DNA from: a virus
Lineage: Duplodnaviria; Caudoviricetes
Strand: one strand, 5' to 3'
Virus record (IMG/VR): IMGVR_UViG_3300037042_006698
Coordinates: 1-54,293 of that record
DNA length: 54,293 nt
Shown: positions 1 through 9,323 of the stretch, one piece after another
Numbering within the stretch: position 1 is the stretch's first letter
How the letters are laid out: each line of letters begins with the position of its first letter
Program-made: the position numbers and the translations under genes
Notes under the pieces: generated by a model
The model's input: the letters and a program-made list of their open reading frames with translations, nothing else
Told to the model about the DNA's origin: nothing
Databases searched by the model: none

Positions 1-2
1 GC

Positions 3-335
3 CGCCGCGATGCCGCCCTTAAAGTCCTCATCTCTGCTCAGGAGAGAGCTGCATCAACGTGGGCGCCAATCTATGCTGTTGCCCTTGTCGTGTGCCCCGA
101 CCGAATGACAAGCGCGCGTCAAAAGCGGAAAAACGGCGATGATGTTTCTCTCACGATGCAAAACTCCTATCTCGGTAGCTTTGCGGCCGTTGGCGCACGA
201 AATCAAATTTGGGCAGGCGACATCGTCCGGGAGACTCTGTCGGATGCCGAAAGCTACATCCTTTCGTGCATTTCGCACATCAGGAAAGAGCCTTTTGAGC
301 GACTCATCGAAATGTTTGAGTCAGTTGATCGTTAA
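3..335 (+). CDS. hypothetical protein, 5'-truncated
   Basis: The frame of the 90..335 ORF stays open back to position 3 (RRDAALKVLISAQERAASTWAPIYAVALVVCPDR...). Confidence 0.5.
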   Translation, partial: RRDAALKVLISAQERAASTWAPIYAVALVVCPDRMTSARQKRKNGDDVSLTMQNSYLGSFAAVGARNQIWAGDIVRETLSDAESYILSCISHIRKEPFERLIEMFESVDR

Positions 336-378
336 AAAAGCCAGGCGCGCGGGAAGGACAATTCGCACGCGCCTGGCT
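334..378 (-). terminator. intrinsic terminator for the leftward lysis/RusA unit
   Basis: Stem AGCCAGGCGCG (339-349) / CGCGCCTGGCT (368-378) preceded by an A6 run, which is a U-tract on the minus strand; lies between convergent genes. Confidence 0.65.
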
Positions 379-440
379 CACCTGTGCGGAACAACGGAAC
401 CAAACAGGATATCGAAAGATTGCTGACGAGAATGACCCGT

Positions 441-830
441 TCAGATTACAGGCGACGCGGCTTGTTGGCAACCCTGCGGCTGAATCTCAATTCGAAGCCC
501 GTACGTTTTGCCACGCTCTTGAGCCACAATCCATTTCACCTGGCCTGCTCCGAGCACGTCAGCATCATCGACGCCCAAAAAAGCTGCAATCGCGTCACGA
601 ACCGCCTTGGTGGACGCTGCAAGGTTGTCTGAGTCCTTGATCGCACCTGGAGATACGCGCGTCATCTTGACAACGAATGGCGCAACAAAGCGCTGTCGGT
701 CGAACTTCGCTGTGCGAAGCATGAGCGTCACTAGATCCTTTTGCTCGCGGGACCTACGGTGACGCTTGGCCCAGTGATCGCGCCGATTCATCTCTGAAAC
801 GGTCTGAATTGGCACCATCACCGAGATCAT
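441..830 (-). CDS. rusA: RusA-like Holliday junction resolvase
   Basis: S-x-N near the N-terminus, DSDNLAASTKAVRDAI (D-x-D-N...K...D), GVDDAD, C-terminal GLRIEI strand. Confidence 0.75.
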   Translation of the reverse strand: MISVMVPIQTVSEMNRRDHWAKRHRRSREQKDLVTLMLRTAKFDRQRFVAPFVVKMTRVSPGAIKDSDNLAASTKAVRDAIAAFLGVDDADVLGAGQVKWIVAQERGKTYGLRIEIQPQGCQQAASPVI

Positions 831-836
831 GACGAG

Positions 837-1736
837 CTACTGAATCAGTTTGGCAAACTTGTCGCGACGGCTCTTCAATGCCTTGGCATAGTGAGACTCG
901 TCCGCCGTGTAGTAGCCCTTCAGCTTAAGCGCGTGCGAAAACCCGGCAGTGTCGCCAGCAATCACGAATGGCCAAGAGGAACCGAACTGCTTTTTAAGAA
1001 TCTCCAGATAGTCTTTTGCCCCGTCTTCAAGGGTGCGGAAGGCACGGAAACAGCAAACGGGGTGAGGGGGGAACGCCCACAGCACGACCTGGCCATTCGC
1101 CGTCGTGGATGTCGTTACCGCCGACTTGCTCACCTTATCGAATTCTGGACGACCGAAAGCAGCAGGATCGTCTTCGGAGCGACGAGGCTCCCGGTCTCCA
1201 GCGCGAGCCACGATTGCGTTCGCGGCTGAAGGCGCAAGGATCTCGTTGCAGGCGAAAAACTGCCAGGACCGGCCGTCGCTCCCACCAGGACGCCCCTTCA
1301 CGTTGCCGAGGTTGTAGCCCCAGCATCCGGCACCGTCTCCCGTCTCAAGACCCCAGTGTCCGAGAAGGACGAGCAAGGCGTCGCGGGAGAGTTCTGGGGC
1401 AAGCCGCGCGAGGGCCGCGTAAAGCTCCTCCGGCGTCACCTTGGTTCGTTTAGCTGGAAGACGCGTTGTGAGCGGTCTCTCTGGCTCCGGATCCGGCTGC
1501 GGCTCGGAAAGCGATACGGCTCGCGCCCACGTCTTGTTGCCGACGATTCCGTCCGGCTTTAGACCGTTCATCATCTGGAAGACGCGTGTGGCCTTCTCCG
1601 TCACTTCGCCGAACACGCCATCGGCATCTACCTTAATGATTTTCTGCCAGGTAGCCACAGCGGGGCCGTGATCGCCACGGCGCAGCACCGGGTTCTTTCC
1701 GTTGCTCGGTGCAGGCTTGTGCGTGTCGTCAGCCAT
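837..1736 (-). CDS. endolysin: N-terminal peptidoglycan-binding domain plus GH73-like glucosaminidase/muramidase
   Basis: LRRGDHGPAVATWQ...ADGVFGEVTEKATRVFQ...PDGIVGNKTW (PG-binding); LETG, YNLGNVKG, FRAFRTLEDGAKDY, GYYTADESHY (GH73-type motifs). Confidence 0.85.
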   Translation of the reverse strand: MADDTHKPAPSNGKNPVLRRGDHGPAVATWQKIIKVDADGVFGEVTEKATRVFQMMNGLKPDGIVGNKTWARAVSLSEPQPDPEPERPLTTRLPAKRTKVTPEELYAALARLAPELSRDALLVLLGHWGLETGDGAGCWGYNLGNVKGRPGGSDGRSWQFFACNEILAPSAANAIVARAGDREPRRSEDDPAAFGRPEFDKVSKSAVTTSTTANGQVVLWAFPPHPVCCFRAFRTLEDGAKDYLEILKKQFGSSWPFVIAGDTAGFSHALKLKGYYTADESHYAKALKSRRDKFAKLIQ

Positions 1737-1739
1737 GGT

Positions 1740-1964
1740 TCACGCCACCGTATCTTCTGCCAGGAGGGCTTCCTTCACCTTGTCGGAACATGGTGGCGGA
1801 CACTGCTTTGCTCGCCATTCAGCTACTTTTCTACGAAGTTTCCCTTGGTCCATGCGGGCCATCCAAATTGATACGTACTCGTTGCTGCGAGTTCGTACCT
1901 TCTCAAGCGTGGTGGCAAGCGCGATCACATTCGGGTCTTCGTTGGTAGCAGCAAAGCTCGACAT
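1740..1964 (-). CDS. small hypothetical protein in the lysis cassette
   Basis: 74-aa ORF packed 2-3 nt from both neighbours. Confidence 0.55.
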   Translation of the reverse strand: MSSFAATNEDPNVIALATTLEKVRTRSNEYVSIWMARMDQGKLRRKVAEWRAKQCPPPCSDKVKEALLAEDTVA

Positions 1965-1966
1965 GG

Positions 1967-2233
1967 TCAGTCCTCTCGATACGGGATGGCGCCGTTCGAT
2001 TCTGACCCGAGCAGATCACCCAGGTGATTCAGCGCCTTGATGACGCGGTCATGAAGCTCCAGCGCCAGTTCGGTGTATGCCTTGGCGTCCTTCACCCGAG
2101 CCTCGCACTCGGCACGATAGAGGCGGTTTGCCTCCTCCAGGCGGCGATCGAGGCGCAGAATGTATAAGAGCTGCGCCGCAATCACGACACCAGAAATGCC
2201 GTAGTCAGCGAGATGCGAATAAAGGCCCGACAC
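1967..2233 (-). CDS. holin-like small membrane protein
   Basis: N-terminal hydrophobic segment (YGISGVVIAAQLLYIL) followed by a coiled coil; upstream of the endolysin. Confidence 0.55.
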   Translation of the reverse strand: MSGLYSHLADYGISGVVIAAQLLYILRLDRRLEEANRLYRAECEARVKDAKAYTELALELHDRVIKALNHLGDLLGSESNGAIPYRED

Positions 2234-2240
2234 GTCGAGC

Positions 2241-2269
2241 AGTATAAAGCAATCGCCTGCTCATTCAAA
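2241..2269 (-). promoter_or_regulatory. sigma70-like promoter giving a leaderless transcript for the lysis cassette
   Basis: Minus strand reads TTGAAT-N16-TATACT-N7-GTG(2233); no Shine-Dalgarno sequence. Confidence 0.5.
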
Positions 2270-2291
2270 AAGTTCTTTTGCGTCCGGGCAT

Positions 2292-2411
2292 CTACGGATT
2301 CGACAGCAGTTGCCGGATGACCTTCTGTTGTCCAATCATAAGCCATAAAAGGACCAGAATGATGAGTTCGTTGCTGCTACGAGGATGAACCTGGAGAAGG
2401 AGCATTTCCAT
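2292..2411 (-). CDS. small hydrophobic peptide (37-39 aa), not in the ORF track
   Basis: MEMLLLQVHPRSSNELIILVLLWLMIGQQKVIRQLLSNP*; GGAG 6 nt upstream of the second ATG (2405). Confidence 0.35.
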   Translation of the reverse strand: MEMLLLQVHPRSSNELIILVLLWLMIGQQKVIRQLLSNP

Positions 2412-2505
2412 CTCCAAAGCGTAATCGACGAACTGCCGAATGTTCAAAACTGAGCTGTCAAGATTTTCTGGAAATTCTGCGCGCTTGCGTGCTTAATATC
2501 GGGCC

Positions 2506-2619
2506 ATGGCCAAAGGACAGGAAAAACCTGCGAAGACGAACAAGCCAAAGCTCTCCACGAAGGAGAAGCAGGACAAGAAGAAAACGAAGCAGCAGAAAAA
2601 GGCCACTTCGTCGGCGTGA
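2506..2619 (+). CDS. small lysine-rich protein (37 aa), not in the ORF track
   Basis: MAKGQEKPAKTNKPKLSTKEKQDKKKTKQQKKATSSA*; TAATAT 6 nt upstream of the ATG; stops 6 nt before the tRNA. Confidence 0.6.
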   Translation: MAKGQEKPAKTNKPKLSTKEKQDKKKTKQQKKATSSA

Positions 2620-2625
2620 CACTTT

Positions 2626-2697
2626 TCCGGGGTAGCTCAGTGGTAGAGCGACGCACTGTTAATGCGTTGGTCGCACGTTCGACCCGTGCCCCCGGAG
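2626..2697 (+). tRNA. trnN: tRNA-Asn (GTT)
   Basis: Acceptor TCCGGGG/CCCCGGA, D-arm GCTC-AGTGGTA-GAGC, anticodon arm ACGCA-CT GTT AA-TGCGT, T-arm GCACG-TTCGACC-CGTGC, discriminator G; followed by CCT rather than CCA. Confidence 0.95.
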
Positions 2698-2708
2698 CCT
2701 AGACGAAT

Positions 2709-3479
2709 ATGCCCTCCCCGAAGTATCCGCAGAGCCCGCTCGACAACCCGGCCTTCCGCCGCTGGTTCGGTGATTCCGTCGTCGTTGACGAGGACGGCGA
2801 GCCGCTCGTCGTTTACCACGGCACCGACAACGACGATTTCAAGTCATTCCGAGCCGAAGCTCTTCCCCGTGGGGGCCGAAAAGGACGACTTCTCGGAGAG
2901 GGCTTCTACTTCACGAGCGACCCCGACCAAGCCGCTCGATGGGGCAGGCATGTCATCGCAGCTTATCTCCGTATCGAGAACCCAAGAACGCAACGGGGTG
3001 GCCTGCTTGTGTCTGCCTCTTCCGATCAAGACGGAACGATTGCGGCAGGAGCGCCCGGCACACGCGACGGCGAGGTGTGGTTTATCGTGAAGAGCCCCTA
3101 CCAAATCAAGAGCGCGACCGACAACGACGGAAGCTTTGATCCCGACGACCCAGACTTCACTAGCAACGGTCGCACCTTCATCCCCCCGCAGATGGTCGCT
3201 GACGAAGCCGAATACGGCCTTCATCTGCGCGCGCAGCAGCCGCCATCGAACCGGTGCTGCACGGCGGTTGGTCTGGCGCGGGCAAAGCAGCTAAAGAACC
3301 GCGAGCCTGTCAGCGTCGATACGCTGAAGCGGATGCGGAGCTACTTCCAGCGCCATGCAGTGGACAAGAAAAGTCCGCGATGGGCTGTCGATTCAAAGGG
3401 TTTTCAGGCGTGGCTCCTATGGGGCGGCGACAGCGGACGAGACTGGTGCAATCGCATCCTCGACGGGCTTGGGGAGTAG
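2709..3479 (+). CDS. ADP-ribosyltransferase-like (polyvalent-protein type) domain fused to a phage virion-associated helical domain
   Basis: NPAFRRWFGDSVVVDEDGEPLVVYHGT, GEGFYFT and QIKSATDNDGSFD match the ART-PolyVal pattern; the C-terminal VGLARAKQL...TLKRMRSYFQRH...AWLLWGGD domain is common in phage head-region genes. Confidence 0.75.
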   Translation: MPSPKYPQSPLDNPAFRRWFGDSVVVDEDGEPLVVYHGTDNDDFKSFRAEALPRGGRKGRLLGEGFYFTSDPDQAARWGRHVIAAYLRIENPRTQRGGLLVSASSDQDGTIAAGAPGTRDGEVWFIVKSPYQIKSATDNDGSFDPDDPDFTSNGRTFIPPQMVADEAEYGLHLRAQQPPSNRCCTAVGLARAKQLKNREPVSVDTLKRMRSYFQRHAVDKKSPRWAVDSKGFQAWLLWGGDSGRDWCNRILDGLGE

Positions 3480-3484
3480 AGCGA

Positions 3485-4303
3485 ATGGCGAATCGCGCGC
3501 TGGTCATCGTCCACCTATCGAGCATCGAAAGCTATCGCTCGGCGTGCGGAAGAGACGCTGCGAACAACCTTGCGGACGCTCTTGAGCACGCCGCGAAGGA
3601 CGTCGTATCCAAGCACGGCATTGTTTACGTGGTCGATCAATTTTGGTCAGGCTCACTTCGCGACAGGGTGGCAAGGAACCTGGAGCGTGTGGGCGCAAAA
3701 TTCCTACGTTTCGACGAGGCCAAAACGACCTGGGAATGGTTTCTTCCGAGGCTTTATGGCCGCTTGCGGCGAGACAAGGTCGATCAAGTGACCGTCGCTG
3801 GCATTTGGTTTGACCCGAAGCTCGAAACGGGATGCGCTACGACCGTTTACCTCTACTTAAAGGGAAAATTCCCGACGATGGTTGACGAGGACTTGGTGGC
3901 TTGGGAATGCGACGAAGATGATGAAGACGTGCAACGAAACCCAAGCAGAGCCCTTTCTGCCGAAGAGACGGCTGACGAGTACGACCGTGGGCGCGCAAAC
4001 GAGTTCCTGACGGGAGGTTGTCTTGACTGGGCTCAGGCCTACATCGACCACGTAGGGGGAACGCTAGTCGGCGTTTTCGTTAACGGATCGATGGAACATG
4101 TCATGGTAAAGGACGGCAAGTTTGTCGTAGATGCCGTCGGCGTTCATCGTCCGAGTGCTGTCGTTTCTTGGTTCAAGAAAGCGTGGAAAACAAAAGACGT
4201 GAAGTTCTTAAAGCCACGGGAGAAAGACCTGCGGCTACTTGAGGCCGATGACGACCGATACGACGAGGCTCGCGCCCACGTTTACAACCAGTACAGACGA
4301 TGA
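3485..4303 (+). CDS. two-domain protein: isochorismatase-like fold plus papain-like Cys-His-Asp domain
   Basis: Start reassigned to ATG 3485 (GGGAG upstream). ALVIVH...VTVAGIW...GCATT; linker DEDDEDVQRNPS; then FLTGGCLDWA...MEHVMV...VVDAVG. Confidence 0.55.
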   Translation: MANRALVIVHLSSIESYRSACGRDAANNLADALEHAAKDVVSKHGIVYVVDQFWSGSLRDRVARNLERVGAKFLRFDEAKTTWEWFLPRLYGRLRRDKVDQVTVAGIWFDPKLETGCATTVYLYLKGKFPTMVDEDLVAWECDEDDEDVQRNPSRALSAEETADEYDRGRANEFLTGGCLDWAQAYIDHVGGTLVGVFVNGSMEHVMVKDGKFVVDAVGVHRPSAVVSWFKKAWKTKDVKFLKPREKDLRLLEADDDRYDEARAHVYNQYRR

Positions 4304-4767
4304 AACCGAATCCGCTCGAACCGATGTTCGCTGCTCAACTTGCACCTCGCGACGTGAGGCGTCTTGAGTCGATGGAAGCTGAGTGGGCGCGGTACAGCGA
4401 GCTTTCCGACCGAGCCTACGATCTCGGCATGACGAAGGAGGGAGACCTTCTTTCAGAAGCCGCCGACGCGGCTGCCGAGCAGTTCCTCAATGCCCTCGAC
4501 GCCATCGAGGAAGGCGAAGAATCCGACGCGGCGGAGGGCGACCTCGAAGGCACGCTCATTGAGGCGTACGAGGACCATCGAACCGGCGGTCATTCGCGGG
4601 GCCTTCACTCCAAAGCAGAACTAGCCAAGCATCTCCGATGGGCATTCTCCGAGTTTGGCGTAGACACGAGCGAAGCCTCGGACGAAGAGATTATTGAAGC
4701 AGCCTACGATGCGTGGCTTTGGAAGACGAAGCTCAGGCGAAGGCTCGAAAAAGCTCGTAGTAGATGA
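4300..4767 (+). CDS. acidic hypothetical protein
   Basis: ATGA overlap with the upstream gene; begins MKPNP. Confidence 0.7.
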   Translation: MKPNPLEPMFAAQLAPRDVRRLESMEAEWARYSELSDRAYDLGMTKEGDLLSEAADAAAEQFLNALDAIEEGEESDAAEGDLEGTLIEAYEDHRTGGHSRGLHSKAELAKHLRWAFSEFGVDTSEASDEEIIEAAYDAWLWKTKLRRRLEKARSR

Positions 4768-4768
4768 A

Positions 4769-6775
4769 TCAATCAAGCCATCCGCTCAAGAAACTTAGGT
4801 TCGATGGAGTCGTCAGTTCCACGCCTCGGCTCGCTTCCTTCTTCTCGGCGTCTCGCTCTGGCCAGTCTGAGCACTCGTCGCTGATCATACCAAGAAACAT
4901 GCTTGGACCGGTTGGCTGGTATTTGCCGTAGCGCATACGCTCGTTCGCGTAGCTGAGAGTCATCGACTTCCTCGCGCGAGAAGTTGCAACGAATGCAACG
5001 CGCTTTTCCTCCTCGACAGTTGGCGCATCGTCTCCTGGAGGCAGGATGCTTGCCTCAAATCCGACAACCCATACCGCATCGGCTTCAAGGCCCTTGAAGC
5101 CGTGAACCGTGGAGAGGATGACCTTCTCTCCCGATGCGTCATCAGATGCCGTGATGAGAGAGACCTCCTCAAGGTAACCGGCAAGGGTCGGCTTGGAAAC
5201 ACGGCGCTCATAAGCCGCGACCGCTCCGACGACGGCCTCGACGTGCTCAAGGTCGCGAGCGGCCTTTTGGGAGTCTGCGTGACGACCTTCCTTCTGAAGC
5301 TTCTCCAGCTTGTCGTGGAGCATCTTCCGGTAGCCACTCTGCGTCAAAAGGAAGTCCGTCACCTCGCTTGCCGACTTCTCTTCGAGCATCTGCGCCGCCG
5401 TTCGGTAGAGGTAGAAGAACTTGGTTAGGTTCTCGTGTGGCTTTCCCGTTACGACACCCTCGGCGAGGGCGGCTTGCACGCCACGCGCAAAGCTGACGCC
5501 TCGCTCCCGAGCACGCTCGCGAATCTTCGAGACGGCCTTGTCACCAAGACCTCGCGACGGATTGTTGATAACCCGCTCAAAATCGAGGTTCGAGTCCTGG
5601 TTCACGAGCAGGCGCAGGTAGGCAAGCGCATCCCGAACGACTTTGCGCTCGTAGAACGTGATCCCGCCGACAATGTCGTATCGAACCGCCCGGTTTCGAA
5701 GCTCATCCTCGATGGCGCGAGAAAGGACATGGTTTCGGTAGAGAACGACGCACTCGCTTGGGCGCGTACCCTGACGAATCTTGTCCTCGATGGCGCTCGC
5801 GACAAAGCGCGCCTCTTCGTCCTCATCGCGGAAACCTCGAATGAGGACTTTTTCGCCACGATTGTTTCCCGTCTCTGCGTCACCATTGACGACGAAGGCA
5901 TTGGCACACTCAACGATGTTCTGAGTTGAGCGGTAATTTGTCTTCATGTCCACGACGACCGCGTCCGGGTAATGAACGCGAGCGAAGTCGATGATGTTCT
6001 GCGGGCGGGCGCCTCGCCAGGCATAGAGGGATTGGTTCACGTCCCCGACCACGCTGAGGTTACGGCTTGCCGCGAACGCCTTTACGATACGGAACTGAAC
6101 CTCGCTTGTGTCCTGGTACTCGTCTACGAGCACGTGGGTCCACTTCTGCCTGAGGCTCTGACCGACGCTATCGCGGCCCTCGGCGGCACGCATGACAACG
6201 TTGAGAAGGTCGTCAAAGTCGAAGGCATTGTTGCCCTTTAGGATCGATTCGTACCGCTTCCAGGTGGCCTTCTGATCGGATGCAAGCTCATCGGACCCGT
6301 CTACGTCGCGCAGGTCCTCTGGCGTGTAGCCCTCAGACTTTGCGCGACTGATGAACTCCTGAATGTCGCTAGGCTTCACCTTCTTCGGGTCGATGTTCAG
6401 TTCGCCCATCGCTCCCTTGATGCAACCAAGGCAGTCGTCCTGGTCGTAGATGCTGAAGTCCTTCTTCCGTCCATCTCGGCTTCGGTCGTCCTCAAAGGAC
6501 CTGAGAAGTTTGCAGCACACCGAGTGGAAAGTGCCTGCCCAGATCGCATTCGCTTGTTGCGCTCCAACGATGTGGGCGATGCGTTCCTTCATCTCTTTTG
6601 CAGCCTTGTTCGTGAACGTCACGAGCAGGAGGCGCTTTGGATCGACTCCACGAGCAAGAAGCGACGCGGCGCGATGGGTGATTGCGCGGGTCTTTCCGCT
6701 ACCGGCGGTTGCGTTGATGAGGAGCGGACCGCTGCCGTGATCAACGGCCCGCTTCTGGGCGGCATTTAGGCTCAC
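4769..6775 (-). CDS. pcrA: UvrD/PcrA/Rep superfamily-1 DNA helicase
   Basis: ATAGSGKT, VTFTNKAAKEM, GTFHS, LVDEYQDT, VVGDVNQSLYAWRGA, NYRST, STVHGFKGLE, EEEKRVAFVATSRA. Confidence 0.95.
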   Translation of the reverse strand: MSLNAAQKRAVDHGSGPLLINATAGSGKTRAITHRAASLLARGVDPKRLLLVTFTNKAAKEMKERIAHIVGAQQANAIWAGTFHSVCCKLLRSFEDDRSRDGRKKDFSIYDQDDCLGCIKGAMGELNIDPKKVKPSDIQEFISRAKSEGYTPEDLRDVDGSDELASDQKATWKRYESILKGNNAFDFDDLLNVVMRAAEGRDSVGQSLRQKWTHVLVDEYQDTSEVQFRIVKAFAASRNLSVVGDVNQSLYAWRGARPQNIIDFARVHYPDAVVVDMKTNYRSTQNIVECANAFVVNGDAETGNNRGEKVLIRGFRDEDEEARFVASAIEDKIRQGTRPSECVVLYRNHVLSRAIEDELRNRAVRYDIVGGITFYERKVVRDALAYLRLLVNQDSNLDFERVINNPSRGLGDKAVSKIRERARERGVSFARGVQAALAEGVVTGKPHENLTKFFYLYRTAAQMLEEKSASEVTDFLLTQSGYRKMLHDKLEKLQKEGRHADSQKAARDLEHVEAVVGAVAAYERRVSKPTLAGYLEEVSLITASDDASGEKVILSTVHGFKGLEADAVWVVGFEASILPPGDDAPTVEEEKRVAFVATSRARKSMTLSYANERMRYGKYQPTGPSMFLGMISDECSDWPERDAEKKEASRGVELTTPSNLSFLSGWLD

Positions 6776-6778
6776 TTG

Positions 6779-7141
6779 CTAGCCCACCGAAAGGTTCGAG
6801 AGAACGAATCGAATACGCTCCGCCACGATCTGGTCAATGGCCTCAACCAAAAGAGCGTGCCCCTTGCTCTCTGACGGAGCCTTAAGGCGCGGAGTGCGGT
6901 AGTCGTAGTTCACGCCGTCGAGGAATTGTGTCGGGCTAATCCTAGCGACGTTTGGAGCGCGACCCAAAATCTTCTTGATGACCTTGGGAGCCTCTCGGCG
7001 ACTCTTTTTGGATGAACGGATGTTGTAAACGTACCCCTCAGAAAGGGTGATGTTTTCAGCTTTCGCCTTAGTGACAACCTCACTTGCTTTCATCGTTGAT
7101 GGCTGCTTGAGAACCCATGCTCGTTTTGATTCTTTTTTCAT
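6779..7141 (-). CDS. small basic putative DNA-binding protein
   Basis: MKASEVVTKAKAENITLSEGYVYNIRS resembles a helix-turn-helix; has its own promoter upstream. Confidence 0.6.
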   Translation of the reverse strand: MKKESKRAWVLKQPSTMKASEVVTKAKAENITLSEGYVYNIRSSKKSRREAPKVIKKILGRAPNVARISPTQFLDGVNYDYRTPRLKAPSESKGHALLVEAIDQIVAERIRFVLSNLSVG

Positions 7142-7168
7142 GTGAAGGTAGGTCTGTGTGGAGGCTGA

Positions 7169-7197
7169 AACCTAAGTCGAGGTTTCCATCATGTCAA
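7169..7197 (-). promoter_or_regulatory. sigma70-like promoter
   Basis: Minus strand TTGACA-N17-TAGGTT upstream of ATG 7141. Confidence 0.55.
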
Positions 7198-7199
7198 CC

Positions 7200-8906
7200 T
7201 CATACCGTGAAGGCAATCTGGCCAGTTGAAAAATCCTCAACGTTTCCTTTGACTCCAAGAACCTTTCCGAGCACGAATGCTTCGGCCTGCTCGTCCGTCA
7301 GATCGAGACCATCAACGACACCAGAAACAGTTGATTGCTTGTCCTTGAGAAGGATCTGAAGCCATTCATCGACGGTTCCTGCGGCGTCCAGGTAGGTAAT
7401 CACGCAGGAATTTTTTTGACCGATGCGATAGATGCGGTCTTCTGCCTGCACGAGCAGGGCAGGCTTCCACGCTCGCTCGACGAACAGGGTGTCGCTTGCC
7501 TTCGTTAGCGTGAGGCCGACGCCTGCGGCCTGAATAGAGCAGACGATCACGTCCAGCTCGCCGCGCTGAAAAGCATCCTTGTCGCTCGTTCGTTCCTTTT
7601 CGGACATCCCACCGATGATCTGCCCCACCTTAAACTTTCTCAAACCGGATGGGGACCTGAACTCCATCTCGCGAAGCTTGTCCGAGAGACCTACCGTCAC
7701 GTCACGGTGGTGCGCCATTACAACGAGGGGACGGCCTGTCCCTTCTGCGTGAGTGACAATCCATTCAATTGCAGCGTCGATTTTCCCGATAGCGGCGAGC
7801 TTTCGGAGCGCGGTGAGCTTAGTGACGGCGGGAGATGCGAGGTGCTTAATGACAGCGATGGGTCCGCCGTTCTCCTCCGTCCACGCGACGAAATCGCGTA
7901 AGGCCGACGCATACTCGCGACCCGTCTTGTCATCGAGCGGAACGTAGATCGTCTGACGACGCTTGGGTGGAAGGTTCAGAATCTCTTTCTTCCTCCGCAG
8001 CATCATCTGCGAAAGCAGACGATGGAGCTTCGGCGTGTTCGATGCTCCCGAAAAATCCCACGTCTTGACCCTCTGGCCTCGGCGACCGACTTCCGCAAGC
8101 TTGCCGTCGCAGAAGAATTGGCCGTAGAGAGCGTAGTTCCAGAACCGCTGCGGGTTGATCATGTAAAGGATCGGCCAAAGCTCGATGGGGCGGTTTTCAA
8201 GAGGTGTTCCGGTAAGAAAGAACCGCTTTTCCGTCGCATGGGCCGCAATCTGAGCGACGGCGAGCGACCGCTTGCTTCCGGAGAGTTTTGCCGTCTTTCC
8301 AAAGGCTTTCAGCGTCTTGACGTTGTGGGCCTCATCCACGATGAGCGTCGTTACAGGAACAGCCGTGATCGCCTCAACGTGAGAGGAAAGAATGTCGTAG
8401 TTGACGATGATGACGTCGTACTGCCAGAGCAGGCCGGGGTCGAGAGGCTTGGTACCCGTGACGATGTAGGACGTGAACTCTGGGCGCCATTTGGTGAACT
8501 CGCGCTGCCACTCGACCCGCATCGCCGCTGGGCACACGACAATGACGCGAGCATCTGCTGCGCCACAGGCTTGGAACGTTTTTCCGAGACCTGGCTCATC
8601 GGCGAGCAGTCCAGCCTTCACAGCGTCGAGCCAGCGGACACCGGTCACCTGGTAATCGAAGGCGCCGTCATGGACCTTCCTGTCCGATTGCGGCAGCGCA
8701 ACAGGCGGCACAGGAAGAGGGGAAGGTTTCAGGTCGCGGGACGCCAAGAACTCCAAATCACCACGCTGCTCTGGAACCTTTCCGACTCCGATCCTCGTTC
8801 CATCCTCGTTGTACCAGCAGACGAAGCGTGCTTCGCCGCTCGGGATGATGACCTTCTGCCCCTTAGAAAAGGCGCACCTCGGCTTTGCCGTGTCAGTCGT
8901 ACCCAT
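7200..8906 (-). CDS. SNF2-family (SMARCAL1/HARP-like) helicase
   Basis: LLADEPGLGKT, IVDEAH, LTGTPLENRPIELW, AAGVGLTLT, QAEDRIYRIGQ. Confidence 0.92.
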   Translation of the reverse strand: MGTTDTAKPRCAFSKGQKVIIPSGEARFVCWYNEDGTRIGVGKVPEQRGDLEFLASRDLKPSPLPVPPVALPQSDRKVHDGAFDYQVTGVRWLDAVKAGLLADEPGLGKTFQACGAADARVIVVCPAAMRVEWQREFTKWRPEFTSYIVTGTKPLDPGLLWQYDVIIVNYDILSSHVEAITAVPVTTLIVDEAHNVKTLKAFGKTAKLSGSKRSLAVAQIAAHATEKRFFLTGTPLENRPIELWPILYMINPQRFWNYALYGQFFCDGKLAEVGRRGQRVKTWDFSGASNTPKLHRLLSQMMLRRKKEILNLPPKRRQTIYVPLDDKTGREYASALRDFVAWTEENGGPIAVIKHLASPAVTKLTALRKLAAIGKIDAAIEWIVTHAEGTGRPLVVMAHHRDVTVGLSDKLREMEFRSPSGLRKFKVGQIIGGMSEKERTSDKDAFQRGELDVIVCSIQAAGVGLTLTKASDTLFVERAWKPALLVQAEDRIYRIGQKNSCVITYLDAAGTVDEWLQILLKDKQSTVSGVVDGLDLTDEQAEAFVLGKVLGVKGNVEDFSTGQIAFTV

Positions 8907-8942
8907 CAGCAGGTGGATCTAGTCCACACGAAGCGCTTGCTG

Positions 8943-9323
8943 TCAACCGCCATAGCCCATCGAGAACGCGAACCCTGCGAAACCCGAAAGAACATGCCAG
9001 ATCGCATGCGACCGGTCATAGCGACTTGGATTTCTACGAGCGTCCACGTACGCAACAAGCGCGAGAACCACGAAAACAAGACCTAGTGCGGCATACATCG
9101 GCCTCGTCGCATGGAACGTCATCCACGTGTTCGATGCGATGACCGCGTAGGCAAACGCATGGTCCGTGCGTTTCCATCGCGTCTCAACACTCGCGTGGTA
9201 GCAGAGCGTCACGAAAAAACTCGCGAGGTAAACGAACGATAGGACACTTCGTTGGTGCGCTAGAACCCAAACCGTCGGCAGAAGCGACAGCGTGGTAAGA
9301 AGCGAAAGGGACCTTTCTCTCAC
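8943..9323 (-). CDS. small polytopic membrane protein with CREST/hemolysin-III-like metal-binding motifs
   Basis: 4-5 hydrophobic segments; TLCYH, WKRTDH, SHAIWH (HxxxH). Confidence 0.6.
   Translation of the reverse strand: MRERSLSLLTTLSLLPTVWVLAHQRSVLSFVYLASFFVTLCYHASVETRWKRTDHAFAYAVIASNTWMTFHATRPMYAALGLVFVVLALVAYVDARRNPSRYDRSHAIWHVLSGFAGFAFSMGYGG

Noticed and set aside
3254-3484. Upstream extension of the 3254..4303 ORF
   Set aside because: It overlaps the conserved C-terminal domain of the 2709 gene; there is an RBS-supported ATG at 3485
8022-9086. 354-aa plus-strand ORF
   Set aside because: Antisense to the clear SNF2 helicase and has no recognisable motifs
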